Assembly (NCBI RefSeq): GCF_009914755.1
Contig: NC_060937.1
Length of the DNA stretch: 64,000 nt
Strand: one strand, 5' to 3'
Source: the human T2T-CHM13v2.0 reference genome, Homo sapiens
Shown here: in pieces, positions 28,323-42,253 of the stretch
Layout: every line of letters starts with the position of its first letter
Position numbering within the stretch: position 1 is the stretch's first letter
Position numbers and translations under genes: made by a program
The notes under the pieces: generated by a model
The model's input: only the letters and a program-made list of their open reading frames with translations
Told to the model about the DNA's origin: nothing
Databases searched by the model: none

Positions 28323-31235
28323 GAATCAGAAAAAGAAAATGGGTTACTTCTTCATTTCTCTGATAGACAGTTGTAGATTTACAAAGTTTTATTTATTTAG
28401 TGGGATCTTCTGAATATGTTGTAGGGCTTAATGCTGGACAGAATGAAAGTCGTCCTCTCCTTACATATGTGAGAATGTGCATGTGATCCGCATGTAGGTA
28501 GTTTTTCAAAGGCCCCTGGATGATTTGAATGTGCAGCCAGGATTGAGAGTCACTGTGGAATAGGATAGAGATCCACTAGAGAACTGTGGGCAAGATCATG
28601 ATGCCTTTTGAGGTGTACTTTTGAAAGTTTATTCTCATGGTAGTGCAGACGAAGGAACAGGAGCAGGTGAATTCTGGTGGCTTGTCTATAGTTATTGTCA
28701 AGAAACTGAACTAAAGTCATGAGATAATTTAAATAAATCTGGACAGAAGAAGCTATAATTTGGAAAAGAAGTGAGCTCCACCTTGTTTTAAAAGCTGAGC
28801 CTTGACCATCTCAGCTCAGGTGAGAGAGACGTGATTCTTGTAGGATCTCTGGCCCCCCGCCTCTGGGGAGCTGGATTGATGGTGAGCTGGTGGCTAGCTC
28901 CAGGGAACTGGCAGTGAGTTGTGCAGGTGTTAACATGCTGGTAACAGGCCACGAGGATCACCACAACCCTGCGTTCTCCCCTCTTTTGAAGGTGACATAT
29001 GTACTTGCCTCTAATAGAGAATGAGAGATTCCTCCAGAGAATATGGGTCATTGGCAACTGGGCTTTGCCTTAGTAAGTGCATGTGCACACATAGGGTAAA
29101 AAAGCTCCAAAATCTGTGTTAAGAATGCAACTGTGCACTGGAAATCAGACTCTGGGTTCCAGCAGCAGCTGTCTTGGGACTGCAGGCTCCTGCTGAGCAG
29201 CCCCTCTCCTGTGTGACTGGGATTGGTATCATGTGCCTCCCCCAGGAGAGCTCCTGGCATCTGTTCAGAACCTGCTCTGGGAGCCATGAAAGGCTTGCTT
29301 GCGATCTGAGCCTCCTATTAGGAGATGACAATACTCGTGGTGCTAGACTCGGAAATCACCATATGTGCCACCATCTTGCAACCATCTGTGGCCAAAAACA
29401 ATATAATTCTGACCAGACGTAAGGGCCAGACTTCCAGCCAGCTACTCTGTTTTGATCAAATGAACCCTCCTACCAACCTCAGGAAGTCTGCCGACCATTT
29501 GTGTTTTGCATAAGGCCACTTTGAGTGAAAGATGGCACTGATCTACCCTGGATTGTTGAAGTAAGTCCCTCAGTCCCCCTGGCCTCAGCAGGGGCTTGGC
29601 TTTGAGTCAGCTCTCCTGGGAGTCTTGATTTCTCCTAAGAGTCCCAGACTCCAAGCCTGCACAGGTTTATTGTCTGCTCACATGTGTTTTTGCTTGGATC
29701 TAGACAAAGCTCATATTGGGCTTTAGCACTGAAAATCCAAGATGGGTTTCAGGGGATATGAAAGGGAGGTATCAATGGTAAAGAAATTCTCCTGTAAAAA
29801 AATAAAACAACTGTATTTCTACATTATAAGTGCTGTATTTGTAAAGACAATGTGGAATCATGTTATCTTTGTGAGTAATCAATATTAGTTTAATAAAGAC
29901 CTACAGAAATCTAAATTATCTTCTACATAGTCAGTCATCACAGCTACCCTCTTTCATAGAACCATTACTTCCAAAACTATACACACATCTAGAATACATA
30001 GTTTTATCATTTTGCTACAAACCATTAAAGTTTTATGAGACACTGAACTGTCATTGAATAGTAAGAGTTTTTAAATGCATTTGTAGAGCTAAGATTTAAG
30101 CAAGGTTAGATATACTACTGTGACAAATATTTATAAAACAGAAATATTTTTATAATAAAGCTTTAAAGACATCTTGAATATATCTGTTTCTTTTCCTTTT
30201 GGTCTAGTTAGGTGGGAAAAATTACAGTCCTTGGCATCTTAATTAAAATAACATTATAATGTTAGCAAAACAAAACAATCATTCAACATATTCATGTGGT
30301 AATTACATTAAAAAAAGATTACTCTCCATTATTCTTCCTGATTGTACTAAGCCATCTGTGCTTGTAAAAATAATAATAGACAATGAATATCATATGCCAT
30401 ATGTACTATGCTGTTTAATACTAATTAAGCAATAATCCTAAAGCAATCACTTGTTAACAGTGATCATTGTTTAAAGATAATTATTTTGTAATAAATGATA
30501 ATCAATTATTTATAATATTAACAATAGTTTTATTAAGTTTTTTACCTTCAAAAATTGCTGGTGGCCATCGCCTGTCTCATCAGCCACGTCGTAAATTAGT
30601 AATTCTATTCTGTTAATGACAGGTTTTCCATGAATCAAAATTCTGGTTATGGTCTACTATATTTGTAATATGTGTGTATTGTATTCTCAAAAATAAGACT
30701 GCTATAAATAGCTCATCTACCTTGTTATTAAAAATAAATGGCTTTAGTAAAACTTGTAGTGAATGTGAAATGTGGAGGGATCAATATCAAGAAGCACAAC
30801 ATAAACGTGAAAATAGCAGAGTGTTATGGCCCCAGTAAGAATATGTTGATAGAAAGCCACATAATTGAATTTAATTTGGGGAAGGTGGGAAAACTAAACT
30901 ATAACTGCCTATTCCAGTTATTTATTTTCCAAATATATTACTACAGATTTTAGCTTTAGACAACCTACTAAGTCATTTCGAGAAATGACGTATAATCTTA
31001 AAGTGGGGCATCCCTTTTAACAGAGGGGTGACTAACTAAACAATGAAAAAATTTAGGATTCTTATGATTCAAAGCAAGTATTTTGTTTTACTTTTAATAT
31101 GGCAAAAATAATGTGTTGGAGTATGCTTTGGGAATTTCATATTTAAGGAACAAACCACTTGGTACAGTCTCTTTACTCTGAGTTGCTGTCCTGACAATAA
31201 AATGCCCAGTAGAACACGTTCAACCATCTCTAGAT

Positions 31236-31446
31236 CAGTGTTTCTCAACTAGGAGTGATGTTGTCCACTGGGGGGGGGTTTGGGAGCATCTGGGGACATT
31301 TTTGGTTGTCATAGATGGGGAGGGTGCTCATCGCATCCAGCAGGTAGAGTCCAGGGATGCTGCCCAACACCTGCTAGGCACAGCGCAGCCCACCACAAGG
31401 AATCATTTGCCTAAGATGTCAATAACACCGAGGTGGAGAAAGCCTC
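31236..31446. mobile_element. MER20 hAT-Charlie element
   Basis: cagtgtttctcaact...ggacatttttggttgtca...gtagagtccagggatgctgc...aagatgtcaata...gagaaagcct; 8 bp TSD-like ctctagat / atttagat. Confidence 0.88.
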
Positions 31447-32299
31447 ATTTAGATTACTTGTTTTGCAGTTCAATAATTCACAAAGGAATTAAAGCATTTC
31501 AACTTTGAAAGTTTCAAAGCAGAATGGAAATACCTAACTTCCAGGAACGCTGTCCCTCTTTCTTTCCACCAGAGGAAAGAAGAAGCAACCCAGGGACAAA
31601 AATTCTCCCTTCAAGATAGGATATTAAACTGCAAGTAGGAAAGTAAGACCGAAATCTCCTCTGGCTATTTTATACAAAAAAAAAAAAAAACTTTATTAAA
31701 GACAATTAGGTAGCTCAAGAGATCATCACTAGGGCTGCCTTAAGAGGACAGCGGCTAAGCTTCTTCCAATGATGCTGTGAGCCACATCACAGAAACTCCA
31801 TTTCTGCAGCTGCTGCCAATGCCAGCACATCTGGTAGCTGGGACTGCAGCCTCTATCATCACCCAGAGAAGGAGAGACCCCTGCAGAGGCTTCACGCTTT
31901 CTTTGAGTATTGCAAAACCAAGAGCAGTTATCTCTTATGGAGGACCGAGGGCATGTAGACACCACGGCTTCAAGGGGACAGCAGAAGAACTCGTGTACCT
32001 TCTGGAGACAGGATTCGTGATACAAGAGCCTATCTGAGTGTGGTGCTGTTCAAAGGATGACTTGCGGCCACAGACAGTGGTGCTTTCTACTGATCTGGGG
32101 GCCACACAGCGGAAACAAAAGAAATCTGATCGATTTGCTTTCGGAAATAATAGAGCTGGAATGATTGCATCTCAGCACTTCAGGGTTGTAAAGGATAGAA
32201 GATATTATTTATTCTGAATATGATTCCTCTTCACCTCCAGCCTCTGCTTCCATCGATGTTCAGTTTATCTCTCTTATTTTTTCTCTTTCTTCCTTTGGT

Positions 32300-33990
32300 C
32301 CACCAATAAATACCTATTGAATGATTACTTTCTGCAAGCCTGTTCTAAAGGACATTGCAGGAAGCAAAAGAGGCATCATCCATGCATGTGTTTTTCAGAT
32401 CTGGGGAGAGAAATTTTAAAAAATACGCAAAGTTTTTAAAGTATCTCCAGCTCTTCAAACTTGGGAACTAAACACATACACGTACACGTTTGAATAAATC
32501 TCTTGTTATCCAAATTCTTGTTACTTGCTGTCCAAAATTCCAGCACCAAGCAAATTCGGATAATGTATTATCGCCTTCTACTCAAACTCGGTATCCCAAC
32601 TCAGGAATCAAATAGAACTGAGATGTGAAGGAAACTCACGGTTTTTCAGATGGTTTTCAGATGGTGATAAATGCCATAGAGAAAAGTGAAACGATGTGGC
32701 AGGGGGTGATAGTGATAGTCATGGCAGGGAGGGGAGAGCTGCAGCTGTAAATAGTGTGCATGGCCACAGTGAAAAGGTGATACTAGGGAGGAGTTCCAAG
32801 CAGAGAGAGAAGCAGGTGCAATCATTTAGGAGAGGGAGACTTCTGCTGGGCTTGAAGCACTGCAAGGCAGCCAGGAAGTTTAGGACAAGAGGAGACAGAA
32901 GATATCAGAGAAGTAGCTGAGCTCAGATCAGGAAAGCTTTGAAGACCTTTGTAGGAATTTTGGTTTCAGAGATGAATGAAGACTCATTGAAGGGTTTTGA
33001 GCAAAGAAATGGTGAAAGTGTGCGGACAAGTATTTAGAGGGATCACTGTGTTGAAAAGGTACTGTAGGAACATGAGAATTAATGCTGGGAGCCAGTTAGA
33101 AGGCGAGTGCAATAATCTCTGTGTGCCCTGATGGTGGCCGAGACCAGCCAATGGAATTGGTAAAGTCAGATTCTGAATACGTTTTGAAGACAGAGCCACA
33201 ACAACTTCCTGGTGGATTAGAAAGATGATGTGACAAAAAAAAAAGTCATAGATGACTCCAAGAATTATTGTTAGAGAAACTAGAAAGATGATAGAAAACA
33301 CCAAAGCAAGGAAAGGACATGTGTGCATTTGTGTGCCTGTGCCTGTGTGTGTGTGTGTGTGTGTGTGCTCATGTTAAGAGGCAGTGGTTCTGTTTTGCAC
33401 ATGCTGCACTGGAGGTACTTCTTAGACGTTCAAGTGTAAATATTGAAGGAAATATGCATCTGTGGTTTAGGGGGAGTTTTGAACTGAAGATAGGCATTTG
33501 GGAGTCCTCAGAATAGGGGTGTTATTTAAAGGAGTGCCTGAAGTCACCAGGGGAATTCATGAGGATAAAGAAGGGAACCAGGCCCAGAATCCTGGCATGC
33601 TCCAGTGCTGGGAAGTTGGTAGTGATGTGGAGGAATCATCGAAGGAGACCAAGATGCAGCAACTGAGAAGCAGAAGAAAACACAGAAAGTCTTTTTGGTT
33701 TTTCATGGATTTACAAATTAAATATGTGAGGCACTGCTGAAAACTCAAAGAGAGGAAGGCTTCGAATTGCTCATTGTGAGCAGCAACATGGAAGCCATCA
33801 GCACCGGTCCAGAGTGGCTTCAGCAGAAGGGAGAGTGAGAGCGGAAGAAAGTGTGAGACAGGATGGAGGGGAATGGGAGATAACAGAAGAGAAAGTGTAG
33901 GGAGCTTTGCCGTCGAGGGAGAAGAGAAATGAGCAAGCAGTCGGAGCAATGGGATGCAGAAAATAACTGCACATTTAGATGGTGATAAGA
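32300..33990 (-). mobile_element. L2 LINE relic, degraded, containing a (TG)n tract at ~33345-33367
   Basis: cattgaagggttttgagcaaag, gtcagattctgaatacgttttgaagacagagccacaacaacttcctggtggattag and gatgactccaag are typical reverse L2 motifs. Confidence 0.7.
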
Positions 33991-35256
33991 ATGATTCCGC
34001 GGAGAACGAGAGCGGACGATGGAGAAGAACAAACTTCTAATTAGCCATAGGAAGGTCCTATGGGATGAACTGGGTTTTACCCTTAATAGGTCACTTGCCA
34101 CCTTTGACTAAGCCCTTAAGCATCTTGAAAAGTCTGAGTCTCTCTCCCTGCAATGCAAGTTCTCTCCAGCTCTGGTCTTGATCTTCTGTGCTAGGCCTTC
34201 AATCTCAAAAGTGGGATCACCAGTTAATTTTCTGAGTTCTCAGAGAGCATTTCTACTCCTGCCTCTATAGCCAGAAGTGGGACCAAACCCCTTATTTCAC
34301 TGATACTAAATTATCTTAAAATTATTCATAAAATTTGTTGACCAAATACCTACTCCCATGGCTACTTCTCCTATTATTTCTGTAGACCCTTCACTCTCTC
34401 TGCACCATTCACACAACCATTCACAACCCATGGTCTGGAAGCTCTCTAACCTAGGATGTGTTGCGGGTGCTGGAAAGTTTTACCAGCAGGAGACTGCATA
34501 TGACTCTTATCTAGACACAAATATGCCACTCCCTCCTGTCAGGTCTTCCCAAGGTCTGAGGCCCTCAACCCTTTGCTTTTTGAATGCAGCTGACTTTTCA
34601 GACACATTCACAGCATTTTCATCCACCCTCTGTCATGCACAGTCCACCACAATCCTACACTCAAAGGAGCACACTCACCTCTTAGGGATCCAGTCGTTAG
34701 CTCACAGATGTAGCAAATCTGAGGAGGAGCTGACTGGCCTCCTTACGGCTGGGTTGCTGTCGTGCTGGTTGAAATGTTTGCACTGGGCCGGCGGGGAGTG
34801 GGGCCTTTCAGGACTCCCTCATTGTCCTCTGGTGCTCTACAGACTCCCATGGGCAGTGTGGGAGGCACTGCCCAAGCGGCCCTGGGAACACCTGCAAGCT
34901 CCTTCACAGCCTGAACTGCTCATCAACTGCTCAGACCTCCTCAAAGCGTAACTTAGTTCTAGATACTCTGGAGTGTTAAACTAATACTGTTTTTCTTTCC
35001 TGAGGAGCAACGTGGATGAACAGAGGCTAGATTCCAGAGCCCAGAGACGTTAATGGATGTGCAGGAGATGGAGAAATAGAATCTACAAGGAAAGTGAAAC
35101 GAACAAGCTTGGAAAGCAGGAACGCTTCAAGAATTTGATGTACAGCAAGATGGTTATTTATCAAAAAGAGAAAAGGGCAAGAAAAAGTTGGGGAAGCCAA
35201 GTTCAAATGTGCTTTATTTATTTGGTTATTCCTTGGTAATAAATTCATAGCAATAA

Positions 35257-35467
35257 CCCGTGGTGTGTTGATAAATGTTTGGCAAACAGCTGTCCAGGAA
35301 AATAAAGAAGCCCTGATTAGCAGCAGTCGCCAATTTCTATGGTGTAACTGATCACATCATGGCTGTTTTCCAGCTACCAAGATGACACCCCTCACTGAAG
35401 AGGGTTAAGACATGATGTGCACAACTAGCTTTTGTGAGCTGGTCAAAGCTGTCTCCAGCATACCCTG
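35257..35467. mobile_element. MER63A-like hAT-Blackjack element
   Basis: gtggtgtgttgataaatgtt...gccctgatt...ccaatttctatggtgtaa...agctaccaa...ctccagcataccctg. Confidence 0.75.
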
Positions 35468-36057
35468 AAATAACTAGTATTTATCATGATTGCATGTCGC
35501 AGGGCAGGATTTTGCAGGGTGGACCCTGAGTCTATGATTTGGATGCACTTGATTTATTAAGGGCATGTTTCCATGGGGTCTTGTGAGGCAGGGAGAGAAC
35601 AGGACAGAGATGGGAAGGCAGGCAGGCAGGGGAGTGATGCCGAAGGTTGCTTCCTTTGGGAGACTTGGGAGGACAAACTATGCCTCTGGGTTTTCCCAGG
35701 TCTTGCACAGAAAGTTCTTCAGGATGTCACCTATTCTGGTTGGGAGGTAATGGTGTGGCAGCTGAATGCTGTATTGCCTTCTCCAGCTCAAGATGCAGGG
35801 GGAAGAGTGACCCCCTTCACCAGCAGCTTGGGAGGCGGGGGGAGCAGAGCCTTTATTGCAAAGGTTAACCCTGTGTTGGGTTTTGTAGGATTAACCGGGG
35901 CTATAAAAGACAAAAATTGTGGGGACGGAATTTCAGGGACAGAGCAGAGCATGTGCTTATCCAAAATGATCGGTTTCAAGCCTGACTGCACCTTAGGATC
36001 ACATGGGAAGCCCTAAAAATGTAGACCCTGAGCCCTGCCATCAAAATCTAAGACTGA

Positions 36058-36370
<313 letters not shown>

Positions 36371-38305
36371 CACGTTGGTAATTGTTAAAGCTCTCAATGA
36401 TTTGTCTGTGTTGTCAAGGTTGAGGATCGGTATAACAAAACTCTGAAGCAACAGAGCATTTTTTGAGAACTAAAATAGTTTAGTAGTGAAGCACGTGGTG
36501 GTGGTGGTGTGTGTGTGTGTGTGTATTTATGTGCGTCTATAATGGAATACCTTGCATGATACTGTTTTATATGTTATATTCAGTTGCATTTTGTACATAA
36601 ATAATTTTGGCAGAGCTACCCATATAGATACAGAATAAAAGTATTTCAAATCCAATTCAATTTTTATGGTTTTTTTCAAAAAGGCTATTATTTTATTCAA
36701 CACTCATTAAACTCCTCCTTTCATAAATCTGGTCATATTTATACTCAGTTAAGTACTTGACTACTAAATTGTATTATTCTCTAATTACTTCTTGCCCACA
36801 AATCTTCTTGTTCAGGTTATAAGTTCTATTAGAGAAGCATGACGCCATCATATTTTTCTTGAGTCCTCCATGACCAGGCCCTCACTGAGGGAGGGGGGCA
36901 CCCTCTTTCCTGGGGGCCAGTGAGGAGTCTGACAGGTTGTAGATCTACCTAAGATTTCCAGTCTGTAATTCAGCATATTGCATCCAAATAAAGTATCTCA
37001 TTTTAGAAAAAGACACCATTTTAGGAAAAGATGGCAGCAATTTGATGATTGGCCTCCTTCGTTTTAAAATAATTTGTAAGTTTTAGGTGAAAAGCTAGAG
37101 GTCCTAGTTGCTTTAGTATGACAGCTATAAAACCCTGCTTATCCGGACAACATTAAAGACACAACTGTGGCTGTCTGTGTTTTGGTCAATCACTTTTTCT
37201 GGTAGTGTCAAACCTGTGTTATTATCTACCACATGCCCCATGTTGTAGAGCTGTGTTTACATTGTGCTAAATTAAGCAGCAGTTGGGCAAATACTTGCAC
37301 AATATGATCAATAACTATACTTAATACAGTCACTACTTGGTAATATTGTCAGAAAATTTAATTTGTTCTTAGCGGAAGAAAATAATTGGCTTTGCCATAT
37401 TGCCTGGCATAATTTGGAAGAAAGTGTGCAGGTGTAGTTAGCAACCTATGCAGAACGATCAATCAGACTCACAGCTGAAGGACCTTGGTGAGATGATGTC
37501 ATTGTACAGATCCAAAACGCTGCACGAGACGACCTTGGTTCCCATCATTTTCCAGCCCTAGCGGTGTGCTCTAAAGAGCTAACGTTTATCTTAACTGTTT
37601 TGAATTCAGCTCAGTAGGAGATCTCACTGAAGGAACAGGCAAACAGCGCAACTTCCCCTGATAAGGTAAATATTGTGTTAAGATAATTGTTAACTTTGGA
37701 ATGAGCACCACTGCAGGGTATGTTTAACCGCCAGCCCAAACTGTACACACCTCTCTCATTAAGCAAACCTCCCCTCCTCACAACACAAGGCTGCTGAGAG
37801 CAAACTAAGTACAAATAGGCCTGATTCCATGTTACAGTAAAGCCCTGGATCATATTCAGGATGAAGTGTGGGAAATTTTTCACCTTAGTACCAAAAGTGT
37901 CCCCAACGGTTTAAAGAATATTTAATTAATAATGACAACCATTATTTGAGGACATACAGTCTGCAAGGCCTGTCCTGCCCTTTACAAATAGCTTACATTT
38001 TACTTCTCAAAACAATCACAAACATAAAAGTCCTGAGAGAATATGTAACAGGTCAAATGCCTCCTGCACCAAGAAGTCTCCTGGGATGTTCCATGGATCA
38101 GACAGGCTGCCCCTCTTGGGACATTTCATGGCCCTGTCACCCTCCTCATGCACTGAATGCATCTGTGACCATACTTCTACCCTGAACTGTAATTATTTGT
38201 CTTTCATCATTATAATTCAAACTCCAGGAGACAGATGATTGCATCTTTTTGAGAGTCAGATGTTACTTTTTAAGTCTGCCTGGAGACTCTCCTTCAAGAA
38301 TTGTC

Positions 38306-39870
38306 CCCTCCCCCTCCCTCTCCCCCGCCCTCTCCCTCGTCTCCCACTTTCCACGGTCTCCCTCTGATGCCCAGCTGAGGCTGGACTGTACTGCCGCCAT
38401 CTCGGCTCACTGCAACCTCCCTGCCTGATTCTCCTGCCTCAGCCTGCCGAGTGCCTGGGATTGCAGGCACACGCCGCCACGCCTGACTGGTTTTTGTATT
38501 TTTTGGTGGAGACGGGGTTTCCCCGTGTTGGTCGGGCTGGTCTCCAGCTCCTGACCGCAAGTGATCTGCCCGCCTGGGCCTCCCGAGGTGCCGGGATTGC
38601 AGATGGAGTCTCGCTCACTCAGTGCTCAATGTTGCCCAGGCTGGAGTGCAGTGGCGTGATCTCGGCTCGCTAAAACCTCCACCTCCCAGCCGCCTGCCTT
38701 GGCCTCCCAAAGTGCCCAGATTGCAGCCTCTGCCCGGCCGCCATCCCGTCTGGGAAGTGAGGAGCGTCTCTGCCTGGCCACCCATCATCTGGGATGTGAG
38801 GAGCCCCTCTGCCCGGCCGCCCAGTCTGGGAAGTGAGGAGCACCTCTTCCCGGCCGCCATCCTGTCTAGGAAGTGAGGAGCGTCTCTGCCCGGCTGCCCA
38901 TCGTCTGAGATGTGGGGAGCACCTCTGCCCCGCCACCCCGTCTGGGATGTGAGGAGTGCCTCTGCCCGGCCGCCCCGTCTGGGATGTGAGGAGTGCCTCT
39001 GCCCGGCCGCCCCGTCTGGGATGTGAGGAGTGCCTCTGCCCAACTGCCACCCCGTCTGGGAGGTGAGGAGTGTCTCTGCCCGGCCACCCTGTCCCAGAAG
39101 TGAGGAGCCCCTCCGCCCAGCAGCCACCCCGTCTGGGAAGTGAGGAGCGTCTCTGCCTGGTCACCCATCGTCTGGGAAGTGAGGAGCGTCTCCGCCCGGC
39201 AGCCGCCCCGTCCAGGAGGTGGGGGGCAGCCCTCGCCCGGCCAGCTGCCCCATCCGGGAGGGAGGTGGGGGGCAGCCCCCGCCCGGCCGCCCCGTCTGGG
39301 AAGTGAGGAGCCCCTCTGCCCTACCGCCACCCCGTCTGGGAGGTGTACCCAACAGCTCATTGAGAACGGGCCATGACGACGATGGCGGTTTTGTCAAATA
39401 GAAAAGGGGGAAATGTGGGGAAAAGAAAGAGAGATCAGATTGTTACTGTGTCTGTGTAGAAAGAAGTAGACATAGGAGACTCCATTTTGTTCTGTACTAA
39501 GAAAAATTCTTCTGCCTTGGGATGCTGTTAATCTATAACCTTACCCCCAACCCCATGCTCTCTGAAACATGTGCTGTGTCCACTCAGGGTTAAATGGATT
39601 AAGGGCGGTGCAAGATGTGCTTTGTTAAACAGATGCTTGAAGGCAGCATGCTCCTTAAGAGTCATCATCACTCCCTAATCTCAAGTACCCAGGGACACAA
39701 ACGCTGCGGAAGGCAGCAGGGCCCTCTGCCTAGGAAAACCAGAGACCCTTGTTCACATGTTTATCTGCTGACCTTCCCTCCACTATTGTCCTATGACCCT
39801 GCCAAATCCCCCTCTCTGAGAAACACCCAAGAATGATCAATAAATACTAAAAAAAAAAAGAAAAAAGAAA
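38306..39870 (+). mobile_element. Full-structure SVA retrotransposon (older subfamily, SVA_A/B-like)
   Basis: Short CCCTCT-like head 38306-38340, Alu-like domain, GC-rich VNTR ~38720-39345, SINE-R, AATAAA 39839-39844, poly-A; TSD aagaattg(t/c)c at 38296-38305 and 39871-39880. Confidence 0.98.
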
Positions 39871-39880
39871 AAGAATTGCC

Positions 39881-40293
39881 ATAGATTACATAGATCATAG
39901 ATAGATAGATAGATAGATAGACAGATAGGTAGATATATATAGATGGACAGATAGGCATATAGATATATAGATAATAGACATGCAGATAGGCAGAGAGATA
40001 GATGATTGATTGATTGATAGTTAGACAGATAAATAGATAGATTGACAGGGTGACAGATAGATGGATAGACAGACAGATAGATACATAGATAGATGACAGA
40101 TATGCAGATAGACAAACTGACAGATGACAGATAAATAGACAGACTGACAGACATATAAATAGACTGACAGATGATAGATAAATGACAGAAAGATATATAG
40201 ATAGATAGCAGATATATAGACAGATAGATAGATATGCAGATAGATATACAGACAGACAGACAGATAGACAGATGGCAGACAGATATAGATATA
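39881..40293. repeat. Degenerate (GATA)/(GACA)n array
   Basis: Direct reading. Confidence 0.95.
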
Positions 40294-40744
40294 GGCCATG
40301 TTCTGTAAAGATCTATGCATCATGTGATTGTTTCATAATTGTAAAGATAAGACCCCCAGCTCAGAAATGTGGAATTGTGGCTTTTGTTGTTTATTTACCT
40401 GCATGCAGGGAAAAGTGAGGGGGACTGACCACCAGCCCAGATAGGAGATTCTCACATCTTCTTTACACATTGGGTTTCCAAGTTCTTTATATGCTTAAAT
40501 ACAGCCTAAGACCCTACCACTAGCCCTCCACCGGCTCTCACATTTCCAGGAATTACTGTGGGTTCATAGGAAAGGAAGACGCTTATACTCAAAAGTAAAC
40601 CAACATGATAATATGCACTTTATAAGTTATTCAAGTGTACATTTTGGAACACAGAAAAAAACTGGAAACAAAATAAAATACATATTTGAAAAGAGGTTCA
40701 AATATACATTTAAAAAATATGCATAGTACAATAAACTAGGCAAA

Positions 40745-40808
40745 TCCATCCATCCATCCATCCATCCATCCATCCATCCATTTGTCTATCTGTCTGTCTG
40801 TCTGTCTG
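40745..40808. repeat. (TCCA)n-(TCTG)n compound microsatellite
   Basis: Direct reading. Confidence 0.95.
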
Positions 40809-41348
40809 TGTGAAAGGAGTTGCAGAAATGTATTTTAAAGGAAAGGTCATTGTTAAGAAGAACAAAGAAGAGAGTGACATCAATGGAGTATAATAATGAA
40901 GGGTTTTGTTCCACCTGACACATGATACAAGAATCTTAATCATGGGAGGGACAATTTCCCCCATCAGCATGCCCTAGTCTAAGCAGATGCTTGAGCACTG
41001 CACACCCCTGAAGACAGTGACTGTTATGGGAGAGGGACTATCTCTTCTTTTGCTGAGATAGAAACAAGAAAGCCGTGTGATTCTAGAATTCCCAGGACAT
41101 TTTTCTGCTATGTTGAGAATGTCTACCAAGAATAAAGCCAACTTGAAAACCCGAGACCCAGAGACTGGGTGCCTTTAGTTGAGCTTCTGGATTCACCTGT
41201 TCTAGAACACTTTACCAATATAACTTTTTAGTAATGTAAATAGAATATTTCCATTTTTGCTCAAGTTAGTTTGACTTGTGGTTTTTGATTACAGTATTTT
41301 AAAATGTTGCTACCCAAAGCCTAGGAAGTGTCTGGAACACTAAGGATA

Positions 41349-41380
<32 letters not shown>

Positions 41381-41951
41381 CCAGATAAATAAATAAATTA
41401 ATTAATTGACCTCACCCTCTGGAGTAAAAGTCACCTAGAGTCAGTTGCCTATATCATTCACTTTATTTGGTTTGGCATCAATTTGATTCAAAATAAGTAA
41501 AAACTGGACAGAAAATGACACTTTTGGTCATTTACCCAGTTTCTCTTCAAATATAAGAATAAAGGAAATATACAATATATAGATATCTCTGCTTTAAAAC
41601 AAGAGCAAAATCTCCCAGCATCAGAAAGAGAGAGTGGAGTGCAGGCCCTGCAGCGATGGGGCTCGTGGGAAGCAGCCTGGGCCTGAGCACGGGTTGCTGA
41701 GGCTTCAAGGCCATGTGAGAATTAGGGCCAAGCAGCACCAGGAGCAGAAACAAGCATTCTGTGGGAAGCCATGGCGGGAATGTCTTCTGGGAGGGTGAAC
41801 TGGGGCTGACATAGCCTTAGTCACCTGATACTGCAGATAGAAACGTGATATGGTTTATGCTTTAGAGGAAAATAGGCAGTGGCTGTGAAAGAATGAGAAG
41901 TAGGTGGCATTGCAGGTAGTGTGGAAAACCTGGAATTTGGCTGAGAATTTT

Positions 41952-42250
41952 CTTTTTTTTTTTTTTTTTTGAGACGGAGTCTCGCTCTGTCGCCCCGCTG
42001 GAGTGCAGTGGCGCACTCTTGGCTCACTACAAGCTCTGCCTCCCGGGTTCACGCCATTCTCCTGCCTCAGCCTCCTGAGTACCTGGGACTACAGGCTCCC
42101 ACCACCATGCCCAGCTAATTTTTTGTATTTTTAGTAGAGATGGGGTTTCACCATGTTAGTCAGAATGGTCTCCATCTCCTGACCTTGTGATCCGCCCGCC
42201 TTGGTCTCCCAAAGTGCTGGGATTACAGGCGTGAGCCACCGCGCCCAGCC
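41952..42250 (-). mobile_element. AluY inserted in the tail of the adjacent AluS
   Basis: caagctctgcc, cacgccattct diagnostics; a single TSD tggctgagaatttt (41938-41951 and 42556-42569) brackets both Alus. Confidence 0.95.
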
Positions 42251-42253
42251 CGA

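Noticed and set aside
31670-32001. Minus-strand terminal exon (acceptor at 32002-32003, AATAAA at 31692-31697 followed by a T-run)
   Set aside because: Signals are individually common and the acceptor is only moderate; not supportable without RNA data.
38294-39836. Many overlapping 60-170 aa ORFs
   Set aside because: They come from the GC-rich SVA Alu-like/VNTR/SINE-R; SVA is non-coding.
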